IMG/VR virus record: IMGVR_UViG_3300038530_000222
Span: 1-34,323 of that record
From: a virus
Taxonomy: Duplodnaviria > Caudoviricetes
Strand: one strand, 5' to 3'
DNA length: 34,323 nt
The notes beneath the pieces were generated by a model. It had not been told where the DNA came from and did no database searches. It saw only the letters and a list, made by a program, of their open reading frames with translations. The position numbers were made by a program, and so were the translations under genes. Shown here in pieces: positions 6,502 through 15,200 of this stretch. Position 1 is the first letter of the stretch. Every line of letters starts with the position of its first letter.

Positions 6502-9147
6502 TTATACAATAGTTAAGACAGAAGTAGCAGGGATGTTAAGGGTTGCATTAAGAGTTAATGGTCCAAATACACCTGCGTTTATATTAGATGCACCATTACC
6601 AATTGTATAGTCATTGTCCATAGAATTTTCATTTTCGTGAAATACATTTTCTGAATTACCGGCGGCTCCTGATTGTATACCTGTAAGAGCAGATCCATCT
6701 ATTGAAGGTAATGCAGAAGGAAATCTTGCAGCAGGGATAGTGCCAGATGTTAAATTAGATGCATTTAAATTAGTTAAATCTATTGTTTCAAAACTTGGTG
6801 CAGCATTATTATTAGCTCTTAAGAATTTTCCATCATTACTAGATGTACCATTTGCAAAACTAGCAGGTGTTACCGTACCTGCACTAGGTGTACCAATACT
6901 AACTGTTGCTCCAATAGTAACTATAAAATAATCAGCCCCAGTAGGAGGTGGTGCAGCAAATACAATTTCACTACCGTCTAATGCAAAACCTTCTGACGGT
7001 TGTCCTGTACCAGAATTAGGTTTTTGTACAACGCCATTAATGCTGACCAACATTTGTTGTGCAAATTGACCTGCGTTGCTTAACGTAAATTTATAGGCAG
7101 AATTATTAAACGTTGCACTATTACCACCAGTACCACTAAAACTGCTAATAGTATTTATAAAGAAACTACCAATAGTTTGTGTTTCTTCCCATGCAGAAGT
7201 GCTTGAGTTATATACAAGTAATTTTCCTAAATTTGTATTGAAAAATAAATCACCATTATTTAAATCAGTTGTTGGGTTTAATGCTCCAACTCTGTATCTT
7301 GCTGCAAAATCATTAACAGAATTCATATTATTGGCAACTGTATTTACATTTGCAATGCTGCCACCTACGTTGTTGACGTTTGTAATGCCACCTGCAACAG
7401 TATTAACGTCAGTAATATTACTAGCGACTACACCAATATTGTCATCTCCTACAGCAATAGTATTACCCATGCTGTTACCATGCTGTGTGCAGTAATAACG
7501 TAATGAGCTAGGTGCATTTGAAGGTACAACAAAAGTTACATTTGCATTTGCCTGACCTGCTTGTCCGTTAGTTGTTACGCCAGTTGTATATGCATTACCA
7601 CTTGCATCTTTAAAAGCTAATGGGTGGTTGTTGTTTGTACTATCTGCTTGATTAAATATATATGTATATCCTCTAATCAAACTTAATGTTGGATTTGCTG
7701 TACCATCAATGTAAAAAACACCATTAGCTACAGTAACCGTATACGTTGTTTGACCTGCTAATACCTGACCTAAAGCATTAATATCGCTAATACTATTACC
7801 AACAAGATTTACGTTTGTAATGTTATCTGCAACTGTTTCTATTTCAGAACCATTTGATTCTAATAAATCTTCTGCTGTTGTAATTACTTTTTGGATATCG
7901 CTTGCTACTGTATTTACAGTTGATATATTATTTGCAACTGTATTAACATTATTAATATTTGTTCCTACTGTATTGACATTAGAAATATCTCCACCTACAG
8001 CATTAACATTACCTATTGCACCTGCAACTGTATTTGTATTAGCTAAATCAGTTCCAGTAATATTTACAACTAACCAAGATGTTGTGCCTAAGTCATAAAC
8101 TTTAGTTATGTTATCTGTTGTGTTGTAATATAACGCTCCGTCTATTAATGCATTACCGTCATTATCTGTAGCCGGGTCACTAGTTTTTGCTCCTAAATAC
8201 CTGTCATCAAAAGTATCAAGTGCTAATTCTGCTGCTGTTTGTGCGGTTTCCGCAGCCGTTTTAGCTGTTTCTGCTGCTGTTTTAGCTGTATCTGCTTGTG
8301 TAGCTTTATTTGTTGCAGTTGTTGCAGATGCTGCTGCGTTAGTTTCAGATGTAGCTGCTGCTGATGCACTATTAGCTGCGTTAGTTTCACTAGTAGCTGC
8401 TGCCGTAGCAGATGCTGCTGCTGCGTTTTGTGCAGTAGTTGCTGACGCTGCATCTACAATAAGATCCCAATTTGCAGAGTTAGTATTAGTTGTTAGTGGT
8501 TGTGATCCTTGAGATGTATGTGCTGTATTACAAAAGAAAATATTATTTGTAGATGTATCTTTCACAAGATCTCTTACAGCATAATCACGACCTGCTACCC
8601 AATCACCTCTGTATGTACCTAATTCTTTTAATACTTGAAACTCACCTAAATTATCAAAACCTAAAACTTTATTAGCACGATTAGCAGCATTTTGTGTAAT
8701 TTCTAAACTACCAATAGTATTAGTTAATGAAAATTTAATTGATCTATTAATTTCATCTTGTTGTTGTTGATGTAAAATTACTGCTTTATCTAGTGCGTCA
8801 TTAATAACTTCTGGATAAAAACCACCTTGGTTTGTAAGATCTGTACCTTGTAACGGTTCAAGTGCAGATGTGATAACAAGTTGAAAACCAGAAGGTAAAT
8901 TAAAATCATTACCGCCTTGTTTAAGTGTTATGCTTCCACCGGGATTTCCGTTTTGATCCTCGTTTAATGTGACTATGTAATCATTACTTGCTCCAAGAGT
9001 TAATGTAGTTTCTATACTTGTACTTACTTCTAATTTTTTTACAACTACATCTGCGTCTGTAAAAACTTTAAATGCAAAAGGAAACTGAGCAGTATTTCCA
9101 TTCCCGACTAAGTTACTCGTCTTTCTTGTAGTCGAATTTATCGTCAT
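6502..9147 (-). CDS. Main tail fibre (virion-anchoring N-terminus, repeats, cupredoxin-like domain, C-terminal docking domain)
   Basis: GNGNTAQFPFAFKVF...DLTNQGGFYPEVINDALDK anchor typical of podovirus fibres; Ala-rich and VNTVA repeats; position after the ejection proteins. Confidence 0.9.
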   Translation of the reverse strand: MTINSTTRKTSNLVGNGNTAQFPFAFKVFTDADVVVKKLEVSTSIETTLTLGASNDYIVTLNEDQNGNPGGSITLKQGGNDFNLPSGFQLVITSALEPLQGTDLTNQGGFYPEVINDALDKAVILHQQQQDEINRSIKFSLTNTIGSLEITQNAANRANKVLGFDNLGEFQVLKELGTYRGDWVAGRDYAVRDLVKDTSTNNIFFCNTAHTSQGSQPLTTNTNSANWDLIVDAASATTAQNAAAASATAAATSETNAANSASAAATSETNAAASATTATNKATQADTAKTAAETAKTAAETAQTAAELALDTFDDRYLGAKTSDPATDNDGNALIDGALYYNTTDNITKVYDLGTTSWLVVNITGTDLANTNTVAGAIGNVNAVGGDISNVNTVGTNINNVNTVANNISTVNTVASDIQKVITTAEDLLESNGSEIETVADNITNVNLVGNSISDINALGQVLAGQTTYTVTVANGVFYIDGTANPTLSLIRGYTYIFNQADSTNNNHPLAFKDASGNAYTTGVTTNGQAGQANANVTFVVPSNAPSSLRYYCTQHGNSMGNTIAVGDDNIGVVASNITDVNTVAGGITNVNNVGGSIANVNTVANNMNSVNDFAARYRVGALNPTTDLNNGDLFFNTNLGKLLVYNSSTSAWEETQTIGSFFINTISSFSGTGGNSATFNNSAYKFTLSNAGQFAQQMLVSINGVVQKPNSGTGQPSEGFALDGSEIVFAAPPPTGADYFIVTIGATVSIGTPSAGTVTPASFANGTSSNDGKFLRANNNAAPSFETIDLTNLNASNLTSGTIPAARFPSALPSIDGSALTGIQSGAAGNSENVFHENENSMDNDYTIGNGASNINAGVFGPLTLNATLNIPATSVLTIV
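8230..8450 (-). repeat. Ala/Thr-rich coding tandem repeats in tail fibre
   Basis: AAATSETNAA occurs twice (gctgcgttagtttca at 8333 and 8375, 42-bp period), followed by 7-aa AKTAAET repeats. Confidence 0.85.
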
Positions 9148-9174
9148 TAACTAGACATTTTCACTATCTTATTT

Positions 9175-9208
9175 AGCTTACCAATTACTTATTGCTTTAC
9201 GGTCACAC
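9175..9208 (-). promoter_or_regulatory. Putative late promoter copy 1 (GTGTGACCGTAA-N16-TAAGCT)
   Basis: Exact 12-mer at 9197-9208, 16-bp spacer, TAnnnT; intergenic, upstream of the tail fibre. Confidence 0.75.
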
Positions 9209-9210
9209 CT

Positions 9211-12200
9211 TTATTTTCTTTGTCTACGTCCAGATTTACCTGTAACTACACCTCTAATAAAGTCTATTGGTCCTTCCGGTTCTACTCTACCAGTACTAAC
9301 ATCTTGTAAATAACCAAGTGGTCTACCTAATATTGTTAATGGATAGTTGCTTAATAACGACAAAAGAGTAAATACATCTTTAACATTTTTACCAGTTACA
9401 TCTTTTTTAGGATCTAATACAGCTTGCAACGCACGAACTGAACCTGTAGTACTACTTTCTAATGTAGATATAGATGGACTTGTGGATATACGGTCATCAT
9501 ATGGCTTGTCATTTAATACATTAAAAGGAACAGGCAATATGTTTCCACCGGGAATAAATGCAAGGCCAAATCTTAATGGTTCAAAAAATAACAACTCAAA
9601 TATTTCATCAAGATATCCATCTTCATCTGCATCATTTAAATTACCTCCAAAGAAATTAACAATAACGCCAGATACAACTGCCGGTAAATACAACCCAAAC
9701 ATAAATGTATATATTAATCTACCACTACCTTTACCAGTAATTTTATATCCCATATCGTTTACCATTTTTTTATAGTTTGTGTCGTTTAAATTTGCCATCA
9801 TGTTGAAATAACTAGTAAATTGCAACAATGATTGCACTAATGGTGTATCAGTTTGAAATGCTGCTCTGTCTTCTGGTTGTAAACTATCTTGTGTCATACG
9901 CACATTTGCATCAGCTTGTGCTATAGCTTCTTTTTGTGCCACAGCATCTGGCATAGACATAGGTTTGTTAGCTAAAAATTGATTGTAAGAACCTATCCAT
10001 ACAACACTATCAACTTGGTTTTGAAATGCTTGTTGTATAAAATATGCGTGTTTGTTTGTCCATGCGTTTATTTTTTGAAATTTATCTGGATTAATAATTA
10101 AATCATTTAATGTATCTTGTATATCAAACATTTGATTATTTTGACGTTGATCCATAAAAGGTGATAACTCTGCAATAATTTCTTGTGTTTTTGCAGGGTT
10201 CAAATAATATTGTTTTAAACCACTTCTCATATATTTGCCTTCAACTTTTATAAGTGATGGAAAATTACCAGTAAATTGTTGTACAGCATTTTGAAAATTA
10301 GCAAACATTATACTATGTCCAGTACGTTTTCTTAATCCTTTAAAAAATGCGTCTGCTAAATCGTTATTACCACGCAACATTGTTGTTTGCCGTGCTGCGT
10401 TATTAAGCCAAGGTAACAACATATAATTAATTGCAGATGGTTTAACGGCATCAAGTGCAGCAGCAAATTCTTTATTTTTAATTATTTTCAATACATCTGT
10501 TACGGCAGGTTGTACATATGCAAAACGCAAAGCGTCATCTATGTGTTTTACCATTGCATTTAAATGTAAAGATAATGGTCGGTTATATTCAACACGAGTC
10601 TTAGTAAAACCTTTTTGTACAGCAGGTAATGACAATCTAAAATCAGTTTTTAAATCTTCTAATGCTGCATTTCTTTTTGCATCATCAACCGCATCTATAT
10701 CAACTTTTGCAGGTACATAACCACCTCTGTATGTACCATATTTATTTATAGTAGGACTTGCTTCAACAACTTTAAAATAATAACCAAAAACATTTCTATG
10801 GGTTTTTTGCATAAGAGGTAGCATTTCTTCGTTTAAATCCCATACAGCTTGTAAAAAATCAAAATCTTTTTTAGTTAAAATATTTGAATCAATCATGCGT
10901 TTAACAAACGTATCCCATTGTCTAGTATCTAACGATCCATCTTCTTTTAATTTGCCCCATCCTCTACCTAATAATAATTTTCTTAAATTACTTTTATTAC
11001 CTGTGTGCAACATAGCTCCAAGCAATTCGACTTTACCTCTACCACTATGTATTTTGCCAAATTTATATGGGTCATCAAATTCGTTAGCAACAATAATAGT
11101 TTCTCCAAAATCTACGTCTTCCAACATTTCAGCATATCTTTTTGTGTATTTAATTTGTGCTGTTCTATATTCTGTAAGACTATTTTTAATTGGACGCCAT
11201 ATATATTTTGTAAATGGCCCTGCTTCTAATCCTTCACGTTGCAATACAGCACCACTCATTTGTCTTGTTGCACCATCAAATTCATCTGCCCAAGGCTCTA
11301 CTCTTCTCATTCGTGCTTTCTGATCCTCAATCATAGAACCTAATTTTTCTAATCTTGATACAGCTTCTGTCATGCCTTTTATTTTTGCTTTAGGCATTTT
11401 TTGCATTGGTTCTACTAATTCTGGAATAATTGCATCTAATTCTAATTTTTTTCCTTCTATTTCTATCTGTCTTTCTCTTCTTGATTGATACCATAAAGAT
11501 TGTATAACTTCATCTAGTGAATCAAAATCTTCTACTGTTAAATCTTTTATATCTTTAAGTTTAGTAATTTCATTAACTTCTTTAAAAATATTTGTAGTAT
11601 TTCTAAGGTTTGATTGTTCTCTTATAATTGGTTCTAATTCTACATATAAATCCTCATTATTTTTTTTTAAATTTTCTATATATACGTTTGGTGATTCTAC
11701 AGCAGGGCCAAAACCATAACTAGCTAATATAGTTTTTGCAACATTTACTAAATCTACATTTCTTGTATCTTTCATATCTTTGTCTGATTTCTTAAATAAT
11801 TTTTTAAAATTATCTGTTGCTTTGTCATAGCGTTTATGTATTTCTATAGCTTCTTTTGCTAATTGGTTGTTTAGCAATTGTGCTTTTTTGGCTTGTATTG
11901 TTGCTTGATTATCGCCTTCACGCATTGCTTTTTCTGCTGCTTTAGTTGCTTTTGCTTCTTGTCGTGAAAATAATGTAGGTCTTACTTCTCTTAATGTTTT
12001 TTTAGCTAATATATCTTTTGCTACTTGTTTTGCTGCTGCTACTTGTAATCTTTGTGGCTGCATTACAGTAGCTAAAAATCTTAATTCAGTTGCAATAAAT
12101 CTTGCTCTAGCTTCGTTATGAAGTGCTTCCTGTACTTCTAATTCTTGTTGTCGTGGATCTGTTAAATTACTAAACTCGTCAACCATACGTTGATCTGTTC

Positions 12201-15200
12201 TTTCTTTAATAACATTTTTTATTGGTTCTAAATCAACAAGTGCATTTATCATATTTATTGGATCTTCGTACCCAAACATTTCTGCAATTGTTTGTACTGG
12301 CATACCTTTTTTAGAAACCATGCCGTATTTACCTGTACCAAGTTCTTTAATTAATGCATTTGCTGCTGCATCGTCATAAAATGGCAAAATATTTTTTATA
12401 CTATCTGGATGTATTTTATTACCTTCTTTTACTACAACTTTTTCACCTTTATCATTAATAGTTTCACCACGTTTTAAATATTTTTCTAATCTATATATTG
12501 TTTCATTTTCTGCTTTTGCTGTTTCTTCTGCAATAACTTGTTTGCGTGTAGCGTTAACTTGCTTTTGTAAATCTTTTAAAACTTTGCTTCTAGCATTTGA
12601 CAACCATTTTACCTGTCTCATACTAGATTTACTTAATTGATCAATAGCAACTTCTTGTGCTTCTTGTATAGCAGCACTATATTTTTGCCATGTCTCGTTA
12701 TCCATGCCACTTTCTTCCTGTGTAGTAAACATAGCTTTCATGCCATACACACGTTGTGATTCTATTATTTGTTCTTCACTTGCTATCATGCGATCCATTA
12801 CACCTCTTACTTCATCTGTCAAAACTGGTAAATCTATTCCATTTTCTTGTCGATATATAACATTTAATTCATCTCTAATAGACTTATATATTTTGCGTAA
12901 AAATTGACCAAATCTATTAAATATATCTTGTAGGTTTTTATTAGGTGCTGCTTTTTTCTCAGTTATATATATTTCATAATTGTACGCAAAAGCTTCGTGA
13001 TATTTTCTTTTTTGATTTATATCTAATTTGCTCCATGCATCTACACTTTCTACTCCCCAAAATTTTAACAATACATCAAAATCATTTTGTATTTCAGGAG
13101 TTGCCGTACCAGATACGGCTAAATCTTCCATAACAGTTAACATATAATGAGCAGTTTCATGTAAAAAGGTTGAAAGATCTGCTTCTTTTGTAAGTATTGC
13201 TGTTAATGTTTTTGGATCAAATCCACCTCTTGCACCTTTAGATTCTTGTTGTTTATAAAATTCTCCTACTTTTACTCGAATAGATCCTCTAGGCTTTCCA
13301 ACTGAGAGTCTGTAATCTTTTCGTCCGTTAGGGAATTCATCATCGAGACTAAGTCTAGAAGGTTCGACCCGGATGGCAACTGCTGTATCGCCATAGCCAG
13401 TATCTGTGATAGCTCTGGTGGTAACGTAGACATCAGGTTCAGCAGCACTTCTGAGTTCACCTGTAGCCCTAATTCGTTCTGCGTTTCTTCTACTGGTGTG
13501 ATGGTAGACGGTAACTGTTCCGTCTGGGTTAAGGGGGAGTTCTGTGGTTTCGTCAATGTTTGTGTCTCCTCTTCCTTGTTGTTGGAAAGTATCAACCTCT
13601 CGTATCTGTCCAGATCTTCCAACATCTCGTTGTGTGTCTCTTGATTGCTCCTCGGATTGTACTGATAACTCATTGTCTACCTCCTGTAATGTAGATTGTA
13701 TGTCAGCTTCTGATATACCCATTCTAGCAACTAAAGTTGCAGCAGCATTGGCATAATCAGGTGCTGCGTTATCTTCGTAACCTGTTTCTATTACATCTTC
13801 CTTAAGTTTTGCAGTATCATATAATTTTTTTTCTGGATACCACATTAATGCTTGTAAATCAGCCATCGTTAAATTTGGATTTTGTTGTTGTAATACTGGC
13901 AACACTTGTCCAAAAACTTTTTCTATAAATCTTCTTTCTGGTGGTCCTTTAGGCTGTTCTTTTTGACCATCTAAATACCCTGCTAATGAATTACCTGCTT
14001 TTCTTATTTCATCTCCAATACTTATTCTTTTTTCACCTTTTATAGGTTTACCTTTAATGTTTGTTATTGTGTCTGCAACATCATTGTCGGGTTTGATTAA
14101 AGATATTTCTGCCATTAAATCACGATTTGCAGGTACAGTAGTTCTAGTTTCAATTCTTTTTGCAACTTCATCTAAATCACCTAAAGTTAGTTTTCTTCCA
14201 AGAATTGTTTCAAATGCCTTTTTTTGTTCTTTAGTTAATGCTTTTATATATTGTTTTAATTGCTCACGTTTATTTTTAGCTTGCTTTGTATAGTCAGTAA
14301 CTAGCGTACCTGTCATTCGACCCCATGTACGCATAGCCCATCTATCTAAAGTTAATTGTTCATAGTTGCCATATAAATTTGCAAAAAATCCATTACCAAT
14401 TTTTGGTCCTATAACAGCAGCACCATATACTATTTCAGTTTTACCAAACTCTTTAATTAAAACACCTGTGTATGTTTCTACTTCTTTTACTGTATGTGTT
14501 GTACTCATAAATTTTTCTACATCTTCTACACCATTTTTTTCAATTAATTCATTTATTAATTTAAAACTTTTTGTCATTGCACGACCTGCTTTACCTTGTC
14601 CAAAAGGTACTGGAAACTTACCATTTTCTTTCCAGTAGTTGTACACTTCTTGCGTAAGTTGAAAGTTTGTATTTACGTCTATGCCATTAGATGTAGTTGC
14701 TAAAGCCCAAGTAAAAGCAAAATTTGATGCTGTATCAATAAGTAATTCTGGATAAACTTTTGCTAATAATGCTTTGGCTTTTGTAACTTTTTCGTTGTAC
14801 CAACCTATTGCGTTTGGGTTTTCTACTAATGCGTATTGTGCATCTGCTAATAATGTTCGTACTAAATATTTTTCTGTCTCAACACTAAAATCTGATAAAT
14901 TAGCACCTGCCCTTTTAGCAGCAGCTAGAATACGTTTTTGTATTTCAACTTTAAAATCTTTAATAGTTCCAAAAGGCTTGCTACTTGCAAAATCAAAATT
15001 TTCTACAATTTTTGCTAATTGAAATACTTCTTCTGATACTGGTTTGCCTTGCTCTTGTGGTTTTGCCTGTTGTGCAAACAATTCTTGTTGTTTTAATATG
15101 TCTGCTGTTTCTCTAGACCATGTACCGCTGTTAAATGTTGACTTAACTGCTGTATTATCAAAAACTACAACTTCGTCTGTACCGTTTTCACCTCTAAGTA

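Noticed and set aside
8223-8453. 76-aa Gln/Leu-rich alternative-frame ORF
   Set aside because: Shadow of GCA/GCT Ala repeats in the fibre; no SD.
1843-9147. Diversity-generating retroelement, expected from BPP-1 kinship
   Set aside because: No reverse transcriptase, and no TR/VR pair differing at adenines was seen in the window.
9570-9648. Second internal GGAGGT...ATG in the giant gene
   Set aside because: Opens only ~20 codons; explained by the FGGNLND codons.
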